Of a DNA stretch of 64,000 nt, positions 15,903 to 32,833 are shown in pieces (within the stretch, counting starts at the first letter, position 1; every line of letters begins with the position of its first letter). The DNA comes from the human T2T-CHM13v2.0 reference genome, Homo sapiens: positions 27,456,001 to 27,520,000 of the forward strand of contig CP068257.2 of the NCBI GenBank assembly GCA_009914755.4, given 5' to 3'. The position numbers and the translations under genes are program-made. Under the pieces are notes generated by a model that had not been told where the DNA came from, searched no databases, and worked only from the letters and a program-made list of their open reading frames with translations.

Positions 15903-17792
15903 GTTTTTGACACCTACTGCCAAATTGTCCTCCAGAAACATTATACCAGTTGGCATTCCTACCAGTAGTATATAAAAAAATACATATTTCCCTGTGCTTA
16001 TATCAGTACTGAATGTAACCTTAGAAGAACTGAATTTAAAGTGCAGTATACCTTACAGCATCTGGGTATGTTTGGACAAACCACTCCCCTCTCTGAGTCC
16101 CAGTATCCTCATTTGTCAAATTAGCATCATAATAATCCCTGTCTTGTTGGTGCCATCTCACAGCACTGTTGGGAGTTCCAATGAGATGAAGTATGAGAAG
16201 ATGTTTTGCAAACTGTAAAGGAAAACATAAGTATTGTTGGTGGTGTTATTCATCTCCCTGCCTCAGTAGAATAAACTGTAGAATGTTTAGGAGGTCAAAT
16301 GAAACAGTCAAAAATAATTTTGTAGTGTTCAGTCAGCTCCAATGGTGTGAAAATTAGTCAAAATGAGAAATGCATGAATGCTTTGGTTACAGTCTTGAAG
16401 GTCAACTTGAATCTGAATTCAATGTCGGCTGGACCCAAATAATTTTCTAGAATCAGAAAATTCTACTTCCTACTAGGTTGACATTCTTAACCTTCCTGGA
16501 TCCTATCAGAGAAACCTTGTTCATCATTTCATTTCCAAATTATGAAGACCACCTGGGCCTGACTGAAGATGCTTGTTTCTTCCTCTTCCCTAACGCCCTT
16601 TCCACCAGTGCGGACTGCAGGTATGGACATAGGGAAGGGTGGGTAAGTATTAAGTGCTATGAGCTCCGAGGAAGAAGAAATTCCATATATACAACCAGAT
16701 AGTGCATGTGTGTGTAATGCTTATTTTATGCCCATTTAATTAATGCCATGATCACTATTCCTTCTAGTAATTAATTTGATTTTCATTAGTAATAGAAAGA
16801 TAGATCAACTCCTTGAAATCAGAGAGAGCTTTAAAAAAATGCTCAGCCAGGAGGTGTTAAGTATTTCACTAAGTGTGAGACTTCTGGCAAAACCCCCATC
16901 TCAGCATTCGGTTGTTCTCTTTGTTAACAGTTGTTGGCAGAGATACAGGAATAGATTTTGACCAGCAATTCCATAAGTACTTTACTCTACTGAAATCCAT
17001 TTTTTGATTTATAAACTGCACATTTAATGTAAATAGCACATTATTCCCCTCGTCACAGAGTTGATATAGTAATGATGAATGTCTATAAGTGATAATTACT
17101 CTGCATTTAGGGTTCTCTGCATGATCTCGGCTCACTGCAACCTTATACAAACCTTATACAAACAGTTATATCTCAAGCTGGCCCTAGGCAAAATTGTACA
17201 ATGGTCTAATAAAGTGTCTTTTACTTATATCTTACGTTCTGCTGCTGCTTCTTATATATATACATAATGTAGACTCCCAGGAGTGGGATTTCTGGGTCAA
17301 AGGGTATGTTGAATTTGTCTTCTGTTATTGTCAGATTGCTCTCCAAGAAGACATTAATCTAGCAATGTGTAGTAGATTTCTCCTGCAAACCCACCAACAA
17401 GAGATGTTATCTATTTTTAGAATGTTATGAGTACAATGCTGTATAAAGTGATATGATACTGTGTACTTACTTGCATTTCTGTGACTATTAGTAAATTTGA
17501 GCATATTTTTACTTTTCTTCAAGCCTTGTATAACTTTTAACCATTCACGTTTTTTCTTTTACTATCTTCCATTACATCTACAGCAACCAGCCATTTTTCT
17601 TTAAACACAAAATTAATCTATTTTCCATAAATAAAAAACACATCCACTATTAGAACATATATTCATATTTCTTTGCCACCATATCCCTCCATCACTCACA
17701 TCAATTACAATTTTGACTAAAGTCATTAACTTTGAGGTACGTCTACTTTTTCACTTTCTGGAATTTCTATATTCAGATGCTTGGGGGACTAA

Positions 17793-18135
<343 letters not shown>

Positions 18136-18412
18136 ATCTCTGTACCTTTTTGTTCTATTTGCTGGTAGTTCCTAAACTTCATGTCCTACCCCTTCTATTG
18201 AATTTTTCATTTCTGCTTTCATGTTCTTAATTGTGAAGAACTTCTTTTTGTTCTCTGAATGTTTCTTTTAAAAATGCTATTCTATTCGTATTTCATGGAT
18301 GCAATATCTTAAATCTGAACGTATATATTTTAAAAAGAGTTCTCTCACTCTCAGCATTGTCTCTCATTGCTGTTTTTGGTCTCTGTCTTCCATGTAAAAA
18401 ATGTTCCTTGGG

Positions 18413-18819
<407 letters not shown>

Positions 18820-19449
18820 TCAGGTGGGCTTATGGAGTACAGAGTGACCCCACTGTTTGGATTGGTGAGGAGCTGTATTCCCTACCCCTCCATTGTCCCC
18901 CTTCCCACTGCACCACATCAACATGTTTAGATCTATCTTCTTGTCCAAGTCTCTTGAGAAGAATCTTCATCTCTTGCCTGGAGGGTGAGAGCTTGACTGT
19001 TTGCATTGTGGATTTTGAGAAGGACTGGAAGTCTACGTGTTTTCACTTAATCCCCCTTAAGTCCAGGCTGGTGTAGGGAGACAGCCTTTCTTCCCCCTTC
19101 TCCAAAGAATGAAGCCTAACTCTGGGGTGAGGAAAGGAGGGTGGAGTAGAAAGGGATTGAAGAGTCTGACTGTGTCTTAAACAGATTTCAAACCATCCTT
19201 ATTTTAGTTTCTCACTTTGCCCCCACTTCCAGAGGCACCTAGTGCCTCCCATTCCTGAGCTTTTGGTGAATACTGTGTTGCAAATCAAGTTGATTCTTCA
19301 CCTTTCCCATGGATGACTTAAACCCACTGATGTGCTAAGCCAGCTCTCATTCTTATGTCTGCTTTCCAAACCCAGACTTTGTATTGCCTCCTCTCCAATC
19401 CTCCACGTCCTTAAAGCTCTGTCTTCTTTCATTGCAAAATCTTTTGTTA

Positions 19450-19767
<318 letters not shown>

Positions 19768-20255
19768 ATCTTTCATTATAGTTTTTGGAAGGACTGAAAT
19801 TAGATGCACTCTTCAATCCTTACAGCAGCAAATTTTTCTTTTATTACTTTGTTTTATGTGTCTTCCTTGCAATTAGTATTAACCTAGGATTTTTTTAAAA
19901 ACCCACTCTCTGCTTTGTAGTTTAATGATTGATGTATTAGATTTTATCTCATATATCTGACTTTATATTTATTTATTTTATACATTTTTATGTTATTTTC
20001 TTTTTTCCCTTTCTTTGGTAGGTTTGATCAAGTTCAGTTTCTTTCTTTTCCCTTGATAATTAGTATATTTTTTCATTCTGTGTTCCCTTCCTGTCTCTCA
20101 TAATTACATAGATCTTTCTTTATGATTTTTGAAAACAAGATACCAATTATTTCCCTAATCCAGATGTCTTTTAAACTTCATGCTTTCTCCCTCCATCAGA
20201 ATACATTTCTTCATTCTTCTGCCTTTCCTCCCAGCAAACGAGACCTTTGGAAATT

Positions 20256-20529
20256 TTTTTTTTTTCTTTTTTTTTGAGATGGAGTCTCACTCTGTTTCCC
20301 AGGCTAGAGTGCGCACCACTGCAACCTCTGCCTCCTGGGTTCAAGCGATTCTTCTGTCTCAGCCTCCCGAGTTGCTGAGATTACAGGCCTGCGCCACAAC
20401 ACCCAGCTAATTTTTGTTACTTTTAGTAGAGACGGGTTTTGCCATGTTGGCCAGGCTAGTCTCAAACTCCTCACCCGCCTTGGCCTCCCAAAGTGCTGGG
20501 ATTACAGGCGTGAGCCACTGCGCCCGGCC
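20256..20529 (-). mobile_element. Alu SINE, antisense, with two internal deletions
   Basis: T-tract, then GAGATGGAGTCTCACTCTGTTTCCCAGGCTAGAGTGCGCACCACTGCAACCTCTGCCTCC...GGTCTCAAACTCCTCACCCGCCTTGGCCTCCCAAAGTGCTGGGATTACAGGCGTGAGCCACTGCGCCCGGCC. Confidence 0.88.
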
Positions 20530-20802
20530 CCATCTATCTATATCTTATTTTCTTTTCCTCTTCCTCTGTGCCTTGGAATTTCATTATGATTTAAACTGGC
20601 AGGTGGTTTGGATATAGGATTTTTGGATTGTGACCATTTTCTCTCAAAATTCTTTTCCTTCATAATTTCCATCGTGTATATTTTTGCTTTGTGCTTTAAG
20701 ATATTTATTCTATTAAATATTTTATGCCACTATTTTGGACCTCAACGTGGCCTTCCTTTCTTCCAACTCATGCAATATTAGTTGGGAAATTGTAATTTTT
20801 AG

Positions 20803-21265
<463 letters not shown>

Positions 21266-21494
21266 ATATAATGCCTACTTAAGCATCAATTGCTGGCCTG
21301 TTCAGTGTTGCTCATATGGTTCTGGTCTGCACTGGGCGAGGGCATTTGGCAATGAGGAAGGAGTGTGCTTGGTTTAGAATAGCAGCTTCTGTGGTTCTTT
21401 TTAGAGGTATCATTTCTGCCCAAATCTGGGGTGCCTTTTCATTGATCTATATTTGGGAGTTAAATAAAAGGAGAGTTTTATTCTAATTAATTAA

Positions 21495-22127
<633 letters not shown>

Positions 22128-22989
22128 TGATTTTTAAAATTCAAAAGCAGAGTATAGATGGAAACCTAAATGACGGCAAATAATAATAATAATAAACTCT
22201 CAGAGACTGTAGGGTGTAGACCAGGCCCTGGATTAATGGGAATGTCTACATTCCATCCCCTTGAGCTCAAATATTCTAGTCAAAGTGAGTCACCCAAGGT
22301 TACTTTCGATAGAAGGTGGGTGTGGAAAGACTTGGACAAGAAAATCTAGGAGCCACAGGAGGCCAGATGCTTCTCTCCACAGGAGACTTGACCTTTGACA
22401 CAGAGCCCTGAGGAAATCTTGACTGTTTTCTTTAGTATTTGATCCTCAGCTGATGCAAACCATTTATTTATGTTTGCCCATTGGACAGCAGGGGGTTTGG
22501 GCTGTTTTCACGTCTATATAAGGCAGTGTAGAGTGCTTCCTTTGATGTGTCCCGCCTCTGCTGTGGCCTCATCATGCCGGGCTAACTTGGTCTTCCCCAT
22601 GTAGGGCTCTGGATCCCACTCCTAAAAACTCTAATTTGAGGATCAGAGTCTGAAATAGCCCAAAAGGTATCCTGTTTAGCTTGTCATTTAAATAGCTAAG
22701 CCCCTGCTACGACCATTTAAAACCATCTCACCTTTCATTTAGCTAAGCAGTTCTTTTTTCAGATTTGGCTTGTTTGTGTTTTTCTCTATTCACTGCAATT
22801 CTGCATCTATAAAAAGCATTGATGGAAGGAGGAAAGAGTGAAATCAACATTCTTTTTAGTAGAGGGCCTTAGTTGGAATTGCAGAAATATCAGGGAACTT
22901 AGCTATAAAGGCCTCCAGAGTTATCCCTGAGTGCAGGGGGCCAGAGTGGTCACAGTCATGGCCTGGATGTGAAACTTGACTTCAAAAAT

Positions 22990-23105
22990 GACTAGCTTTT
23001 TGACCGTAGGCAGGTTATTTGACCTCCCTTTACCTCCATTTCCCCATCTGTAAAACTGGGGTGATAATAGTTCTTGCCTCATAGGTAGGACTGGTTCCAT
23101 AGCTT
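22990..23105 (+). mobile_element. MIR SINE fragment, sense
   Basis: TGACCGTAGGCAGGTTATTTGACCTCCCTTTACCTCCATTTCCCCATCTGTAAAACTGGGGTGATAATAGTTCTTGCCTCATAGGTAGGAC. This matches the MIR core-to-3' region. Confidence 0.65.
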
Positions 23106-25534
23106 CCAGACTCTTGTTCAAATCTCAATGAAATGAAAATGCTGGGCCCCTTGTTCACCTTTCAAGACGGCAGCAGCATAGCATCAAACCAAGTGTGGGA
23201 CCCCTCTGAGCATGGGCCCTGTGACACTTGCCAGGAAGCTGGCCCTGCTCGCAGGATCACTGTGAGAACTAAATTAATTATTCTATTTAAAGCCCTTAAT
23301 GTACTACCTGACACATATGCAGTCTATGTAAACATTAATTAAATCTAAAAAATGACAGAGGAGTAATCTGGGAACCAGAGAAATTGTTACTAGCTCAGAG
23401 TAACGCAGTGAATTGGTGGTAAAGCGAGCCTTGGATTCGATCTGTTCCGTGGCTTTCTGCATAGTTTACTTATGTATACTCTAGTGGTTTCTTCCGTGAA
23501 GCTCTTTCATTGAATCAGCATTTTTGAATGCTTTTCTATATCCCATGTGCAACAGTAAACAGTGGCGACGGGTAGTTCATGAGTTTTGTTTTTATTCGTT
23601 ATTTCTATTTCCAGTGCTATAGCAGGCTACAATAAATCTTCAGCTATACTAACTCTGTCACTGAACAAGCCATGAGATTCTTACCTTGTTAAGTCACATG
23701 AATTTAGAAGAGTCAAGTAAATGACATCTGGGATCTTGGTAGCAACACGTGAAGAAAACTTATAAGTACAAATATTTAAAAAATATAAATGTAAATATAA
23801 ATGATGGATGAGTTTTCTCGAGTAAAATCAGAGGATGATTTAGATGATCTGAAAGAAGCCTTCTAGCTCTAACATTAGTAACAGAATCACATGGGCCTCA
23901 ATTCTTTCCTACTGCCCATGTAGCCACAAATGGAAAGATCTCGTTGAAATGACTATTTTTTTTGTTCCTAATGTGTCCTTAAAGAAAATTATTAAAAATA
24001 TCTCAGGTCAATGACAGATAAAATTTTCCTAAAGTCTTCCTTTAAGAAACCCAAAGAGAGTACAAACTTCTGTCTGTATTCTGATTCATCTTCATTTAGT
24101 TTTTCTTGATAAACAGGGAATGTCATTCTTGTTCATTCTGAATTTCAGAATCTAAATTTGGAAAAAGAATACTAAAAGCATGCTAATTAGGCTCTTCAAA
24201 GAGTTCTTTAAAAATTTGAATATATAAATAATTTTATCATTCAGGGTGTGAATCAGCTATAGTTAGTCCAAAAAGCTTTTTAAAGCAATATACTTTTTCA
24301 TGTTCAGGAATGATTTCCTGATATATAAATAACTTCCATTGCCATGGTACTTAGGCCATAAAGGGCCCTGCAGAACACACTTGTCTAATTTGAATTGTTT
24401 AGATTAATTTGGCACCTGGTGAAATATCACTTTGATTCTAATTATTGTCATGCTCACCTTGAGTAAGGCTTTTTGTGGTTTAATAATGCATACTCTTATT
24501 TCAAACACAAAAGCATCTGTGAAATCTGTCTTAACTATCAATATATTTCTTCTATTTGACATAATTTAATTTAATTTAATATAATTAATATACATTATAA
24601 GATCCTTAAATCTCAAAAGAAGATAATCTCCTGTCCTTCACTAGAATTTTTCTGTTCCAGGAAAATGTCATTTTCTATTTGTGGACTCTTCTAGGAAATC
24701 TTCATTCCCATTTAGCTGGAGCGGTGATGGAAAGCTATTCCTTCTCTGATGGACTTAACAATGCTATTTCTGTATCTCATTTGTGAGGCTGGGCAGCCAT
24801 TCATTTGTGGTTAATACTGTAATTCTTAAAATGTATTTTTAAGAAGTGGATAGAAATATCTGATGCTCCATTTTAGTTTGAATGCTATCACTGCTGAAGC
24901 ACACACAAAACTGTCAGCAAAATGCTGTTTGTATTGGACAACTCCTGTGAATTGAAAGTAGCTAAGCTAAAAAAAGGAAAATTGACAGGTGCCTTATTAG
25001 GCCCCAGTGATTAGTCATTTTTGTGTCTGCACAAGTAATTGACACTCACTTCTAAACAAGGATTGTGCATTTGCATGCTTTCAGGAAGAAGTCCTGCTGG
25101 GTGATTCTAATCTACTATTTTAGGATGTGATGGCTTAATTTGAAAAATGTTTTTATGAACAAAACATGATCTCTTTCTTGTCACTTTTTTGAATGTCCTC
25201 AGGTTTCACAGTGTGATCAGGGACTGAATGGATTTTATTCGGGTACCAAATATCCGATGACTAAATGGGTTTGGCAGTAAAATTGAGGGTTGTGTTGGTA
25301 ACTACCTTCCACAGGAAGAAGAAGAGATTATCTTTATTCTGTTCTTTTCTTGACGACTGCTGTAAAATGTATTTTTGGTTTGTTACAAACCAGTTGAATC
25401 TTTACAGAATTAAAACCAGAGAAGAAATTCTGTGGATAATTATTTTTTTATTCAGGGACTGGCTCCACCTACTACAATTTAGAATTGTAAGAAACTTTAG
25501 AGAGTATTAATTTAATTTTTTTAAATTAAAAAAA

Positions 25535-25722
25535 TTTTTTTTGAGACGGACTCTTGCACTGTTGCCCAGGCTGGAGTACAGTGGCATGATCTCAGATCAC
25601 TGCAACCTCCACCTCCTGGTTCAAGTGATTCTCCTGCCTCAGCCTCCTGAGTAGCTGGGACTACAGGCATGTGCCACCATGCCTGGCTAATTTTTGTATT
25701 TTTAGTAGAGACAGAATTTCTC
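25535..25722 (-). mobile_element. Alu fragment, antisense: tail, right monomer, linker and the start of the left monomer. This is the 3' part of a split old Alu
   Basis: T8 GAGACGGACTCTTGCACTGTTGCCCAGGCTGGAGTACAGTGGCATGATCTCAGATCACTGCAACC...GGCTAATTTTTGTATTTTTAGTAGAGACAGAATTTC. It breaks inside the left monomer. Confidence 0.85.
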
Positions 25723-25787
25723 CATATGGTATGAACCCCCACAATCTGAGACAGGTCTCAGTTAATTTAGAAAGTTTATTTTGCTGG

Positions 25788-26091
<304 letters not shown>

Positions 26092-26511
26092 GAAAGTTTA
26101 TTTTGTCAAGATTGAGGATACACCTGTGACACGGCCTCAGGAAGTCCTGACAACATGTGCCCAAGGTGGTTGGGGCACAGCTTAGTGTTATACATTTTAG
26201 GGAGACATGAGACATCAATCAATATATGTAAGAAGTACATTGGTTCAATCTAGAAAGGCGGGACAACTTGGAGCAAAGGCAGGAAGACTGGAAGTAGGGA
26301 TGGGGCTTCCAGGTCACAGATAGGTGAGAGATGAAGGGTTGCATTCCTTTGAGTTTCTGATTAGCCTTTCCAAGGGAGGCAATCAGATATGCATCTATCT
26401 GAGTAAGCAGAGGGGTGACTTTGAATAGAATGGGAGGCAGGTTTGCCCTAAGCAGTTTTCCAGCTTGACTTTTCCTTTTAGCCCGGTGATTTAGGGGCCC
26501 CAAGATTTATT

Positions 26512-26948
<437 letters not shown>

Positions 26949-27290
26949 TGAGAGTATTAATTTTAAATCTCTCCCTTCCATATGAGGAAATTAAGGCTCA
27001 GAGACATTAAATAACAACATTCTTGTAGCCAAATGAGTTGAGACAAAACCAAGATGAAAGGATTTGAAGACAGTTTGATGCCATTCATGAAGCTAGAGTT
27101 CTCTTTCTTATGTCTGTGTGTTAATGGCTTTTTCCACTTAAAGGCAAATTGCTAAGGTGTTCCCCACCCCCACACTCCACCTCTACGTCATTTCACTTTT
27201 GACCCCACCTCTGAAAACATTGAATGTATCTAAATACATAATCAAATGAAAAAGTTTGACTTGGTGACTTTATTAAGAAAATACTGCCAG

Positions 27291-27589
27291 CTGGGCGCGG
27301 TGGCTCATGCCTGTAATCCCAGCACTTTGGGAGGACGAGACAGGTGGACCACGAGGTCAGGAGATCGAGACCATCCTGGCTAACACGGTGAAACCCGTCT
27401 GTACTAAAAATACAAAAAATTAGCCGGGCATGGTGGTGGGCGCCTGTAGTCCCAGCTACTCAGGTGGCTGAGGCAGGAGAATGGCAGGAACCCGGGAGGC
27501 GGAGTTCCCAGTGAGCCCAGATCACACCACTGCACTCCAGTCTGGGCGATAGAGCGAGACTCCGTCTCAAAAAAAAAGAAAAAAAGGAA
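27291..27589 (+). mobile_element. Alu SINE (AluY-like), sense, with a 15-bp TSD
   Basis: GCTGGGCGCGGTGGCTCATGCCTGTAATCCCAGCACTTTGGGAGGACGAGACAGGTGGACCACGAGGTCAGGAGATCGAGACCATCCTGGCTAACACGG... AAGAAAATACTGCCA is present at both 27276-27290 and 27589-27603. Confidence 0.93.
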
Positions 27590-28305
27590 AGAAAATACTG
27601 CCACCATCAACAGGAAAATGTTTCCATAGCAGCAGCCTCTCATTTTGATGATTGCTGCAACTCCCCTTGTCTTTGGAGCTTTGTGTTTGAAATAAAGGTA
27701 TGCATTATTAAACAAAAAAAGCCTTATTCAAGATGAGCATGACCACAACCAGATTGGAGAGACATCTTTGTGACACTGTGCAGGAATGAAGTCATACCCC
27801 AAATCGACTGCACCCTTTGGGTAGCCTATGTTGTCACCCCACAACCAACTTCGAGTTAAGCCTCACTGCCTCTTTACATCTCCAGAATACAGAACTCCAG
27901 AAGCATTGCGGAATAATGTGGATTTTACTGATGTTTCATAGTGGTACGGGGAGGACGGTTTCATCACATGGCCCACAGGAAAGCTTAGATTGTTTTTTTG
28001 GACCTCTGTCTGTGACAATTAATGTTTTTCTTCTCTTCTCTCCCTGTCCCCTTTCTCCCCTCCCTTTTCCTCACACAGCTTTTAAAATCCCCTTTAGTAT
28101 CTGTAGCCACTCGGCTGCAGCCTGAAGAATATATGTTCCCCCACCTCCCACCAGCAAAACAACAGCCTGTGGTAAACTATGAGCACGCATGTTCTTCTTA
28201 CATGCCTTTTGGGGGCAAGGATGCCTCAATTCACTTGGCCATAGCTGTGAGTTTGGGATATTGATTCTTCACAAAAACAGATCTAAAGTTAAAAGGTTAA
28301 CTTGG

Positions 28306-28938
<633 letters not shown>

Positions 28939-30248
28939 TCTTAACTTTTCTCCATGTGTCCCTGACTTTTATGGGTACCTTCCCTATTAGGCACTTGCAT
29001 CCCAGGTTCAATTTAGTTCCAGAAATATTTACTGAGGCCCTGCTAAGGGCAAGGCACTGATCATGTGTCTTTGGTTGAATTGGGGGTGACAGTGGGATGG
29101 TAAATGGAAGCAGCACAATGTGGTACTCAGTGCATTAGCAGGAGAATGAACAAAGGGTTTTGGGAGGACAGGGGTTGAAATGACTACACAGACAAGGTGA
29201 CAGGAGTGAGGGCCTTGATCTGTGAAGGCACAAAGTTGGCAATGAGGCCATAGTATCTGAAAACACTGAGAGAAGTTCGGTGTGACCCCACTGTAGGGAA
29301 GGTGGGAGCATGAGATGAGTATGGAGGAAAGGAGGACAAATTATGAAGGGCTTTGGATGCCAAACTAAAGACGTGATTCTTTAGGCAAGAGTGAGCCAAC
29401 AAATGGATCTTTAAACATTTTAATTTTTCTTTAAGTTTTGCATGCGCATATGTTAAGGAGTCAAATAGTTCTGCAAGATTTATTACAAAAAACCCAAGAG
29501 GGCTCAGCCCTCCTACTTCCCATATTCCCCATTCCAGAGGTAAACACTGTCTAGATGATGGTGCTGGTCTTTACTTCCCACTTTTATGAGATGTGTTTGC
29601 ATGACTATTTCTTGCTTTTACCAGTCTCGGCCATTATCTATTGGCTTCTCCCCATGGAGGATGAGGATTTGGCTCTCTCCCTGCATCCCCACACCATCCC
29701 ACACACAAATACCCTTTCTCTGCCACCTCCTTTCCACAGTGTAATTTTTGTTAGATCAACATTCAGTACTGACAATATTAGGCTCGTGTAAATGTATTCA
29801 CAGCTGAGGCAAATAGTCAACGATGGTTATTTTTACTTTACAGTAGAGTTTCAGCCCTGTCCCTGGAGGGCAGGCTAAATTTTTGTTTGTTTGTTTGCTT
29901 GCCTTTTTATTCCATGTACTCATCACTAATTCAACCCTAAAGGTCTTTGCCCTTCTGCCAATTGCCTAAATGTCTTTTCAATATGGCATCAATCAAGCAG
30001 TCTAACCATTTCCTATTCCTAATGGAGCCATTCTTGTGGCTTTCAGACCTGCTTCTGTGAGGTCTGGCACACAGGGTCACTCTGTGATTCCCTTTTATTG
30101 TCGTCCTGAAGGGCCATTTTACCCTGTGTGCTGTTGCGCCTTTGTGTTTCCTGTGTTCCAGGCTTTCTCTTTCCTGGTTTACACCAGCAGCTTTTTGAAA
30201 AACATGCACGGGATATAAGAATTTTGTTGAAGACCTTAATCCTAAAAC

Positions 30249-30572
<324 letters not shown>

Positions 30573-30802
30573 TGATAGTTTGGTCAGATATGGAACTTTA
30601 GGTTGGAAATAATTTTTCCTTTAGAATATTGAACATTAGTTCCATTTCCTACTGGTTTCCAGCATTGTTACGGAGAAATATGAAAACACTTCTGGTTATT
30701 GATTGTTTTTATGAGATCTTATTTTTTTCCTCCTTGGAAGCTTGATCTTTTGTTTCCAGTTTGGGGAATTTTCTTTTTTTTTTTTGAGACAGAGTCCTGC
30801 AA

Positions 30803-30870
30803 TCTATTGGTATCTTTGTGTCTTTGTATATTTGTGTATTTGTATCTTTGTATATTTGTATCTTTGGCAC
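30803..30870. repeat. Short tandem repeat (TCTTTGTATAT/TTTGTGTAT variants)
   Basis: TATCTTTGTGTCTTTGTATATTTGTGTATTTGTATCTTTGTATATTTGTATCTTTGG. It follows a 26-bp Alu-tail-like stub (T12 GAGACAGAGTCCTG). Confidence 0.8.
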
Positions 30871-31243
30871 CAATGAAAAGGTATCTCCTACAAAGGCAAT
30901 TTGAGCCATATACCATAAACAGGATTTTGGTGTGTCAATGAAGAGATTTAATTTTGGCAAACAAATTAGCTCTTACACTTTATGAGTTCTGGAACTTTGG
31001 GCAAATCATTGAAACTTTGTAAGTCTCAGTTAGTTCCTCTATAAAGCAGGAATTTACAGTAGCTGTCTTAAAGGGGCGTTTTGTGCATTAAATTACATCA
31101 TGGGTGTGAAAAGGGCCTAGCTGAGTGTCTGGGACATAGTATTTGCCCCACATAATTCATTTCTCATCACCTTAAAACCAGAATATTTCATGGGATTTCG
31201 ACATATTCTACTCATGAAGGTATTAACATAGAATGTTTGAGTC

Positions 31244-31352
31244 TCTTTTCTTTCTTTCTTTTTCTTTCTTTCTTTCTGTTTCTTTCTTTCCTTTCTCTCC
31301 TTCTCTCTTTCTTTTCCTTCCTTCCTTCCTTCTTCCTTCCTTCCTTTTCTTT
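31244..31352. repeat. (TTTC)n/(TTCC)n polypyrimidine microsatellite
   Basis: CTTTTCTTTCTTTCTTTTTCTTTCTTTCTTTCTGTTTCTTTCTTTCCTTTCTCTCC...TTCCTTCCTTCCTTCCTTCTTCCTTCCTTCC. Confidence 0.95.
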
Positions 31353-31369
31353 CATCAATTTGAGGAATA

Positions 31370-31657
31370 GGCTGGGCATGGTGGCTCATGCCTATAATCC
31401 CAGCACTTTGGGAGGCCAAGGTGGGTGGATTGCTTTAGCCCAGGAGTTCGAGACCAGCCTGGGCAACATGGTGAAACCCCACTTCTACAAAAAATACAAA
31501 AATTAGCTAGGCATGGTGACATATACCTGTAGTTCCGGCTACTTGGGAGTCTGAGGTGGGAGCATCACTTGAGCCTCGGAGGTTGAGGCATCAGTGAGCT
31601 ATGATTGTGCCACTGTACTTCAGCCTGGGCAACAGAGTCAGACCCTGTATCAAAAAA

Positions 31658-31659
<2 letters not shown>
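31370..31659 (+). mobile_element. Alu SINE (AluJ-like, diverged), sense, tail continues into (TA)n
   Basis: GGCTGGGCATGGTGGCTCATGCCTATAATCCCAGCACTTTGGGAGGCCAAGGTGGGTGGATTGCTTTAGCCCAGGAGTTCGAGACCAGCCTGGGCAACATGG...CAGAGTCAGACCCTGTATCAAAAAAAG. Confidence 0.9.

Positions 31660-31688
<29 letters not shown>
31660..31688. repeat. (TA)n microsatellite (~14 units)
   Basis: ATATATATATATATATATATATATATATAG. Confidence 0.95.
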
Positions 31689-31691
<3 letters not shown>

Positions 31692-32762
31692 TATATATGA
31701 GAAATAATGCCTTTCTTACCCAACTTCATTCATGAAACCGTATTGCAGGCTTCATCTGTTCAAGTACTCTACCCATTATCTACAGTGAAGGAAATGGCAC
31801 TCAAGTTTGGGCAATGACTGTCTTACCTGGGAATTCTGAGGGAAAAGGTCTTCCCTTCATGGGTTTGTAAAGCTGGTAGGACATAAACGTAGGCAGCTGG
31901 TGGCCAACTCATGGGAAAACTCCATCTGAAAATGAAGCTAAAATAAAGAAAGCTGACCATGAAGTGGAGTAAGTTAGTTCCCTAACGGTATCAGTTGTGC
32001 CTTTGGTAAATCAATGTCTAAACAAAAAGGTCCCTGGATTTCCTACTTTTGTGAACCAATAATTACCTGTTGGTATTCAAGCTAATGTTAAGTTAGTTCT
32101 TGACTCCTGCAACTGAAAGAATATAGGCTCATTCAGAGCTAAACTTCTTTTTTCTTTTTTCTCATTCACATGGGAGGTTTGGTTGGCATTTGGTCCTTTC
32201 TTGCAGTAGGAGGATGTCCAAGTAAAGACATAAACCAGAAAGGTAGTGAGCCAGATCTTTAATGAGCCAAGCAGTTCAGTGTTTGGGATTTTTAGAAATA
32301 CTTCAATGAGTTTCCTTTATAATTTCAGTAAAGATATGACCTTAACATTGAAGCTTATTTGAGAAATGTCTGAAGGGTACTTAGGCTACATCTCGTAGGC
32401 CTTCTGATTTTAAGAGGCTTGTATTCATGGATAAATGTAGCTGTGGTTGGGGAAAAAAGAGAGAGACCAACATTTATGAACACCAGGCACTCAGCACTTT
32501 CCTCACAATGTGTTCTTGCTGCATGAAGACCAAGGATGTCACAGGCACCAGTCAAATTTGAGTTGCAAAGCAGGCCACAGAGGGAAAGTCCTGCAAGTAC
32601 TCAGTCATCAGCATGGGGAGGAGGAACTCAAACCAAGTGTACACTACAGAATGTGTCCCATGTTCATGTTTGTGCACCTGTTTGGTTTCTGGAAAGTGCT
32701 CCCTCATGTTAAATTTATGTAGTTAAGTTGTAAAACAGGAAATCTTCCTTGACCCTTTGCAG

Positions 32763-32833
32763 GATTTGTGAAAGGGGTGGCTTGTTTACTGAGCCCGCAG
32801 CACTCAATCCCTTACGGGATGGGGAACATGCAG
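32763..32833 (+). CDS. Candidate internal exon (71 nt) inside the CpG-retaining block. Coding status unknown
   Basis: The acceptor is TTCCTTGACCCTTTGCAG|GATTTG (AG at 32761-62). The donor is ATGCAG|GTAAGTGGG (GT at 32834-35). Two of the three frames are open across the segment. Confidence 0.15.

Noticed and set aside
17119-17139. 21-bp Alu-like fragment (GATCTCGGCTCACTGCAACC)
   Set aside because: Too short to call an element. It is probably a remnant or a chance match.
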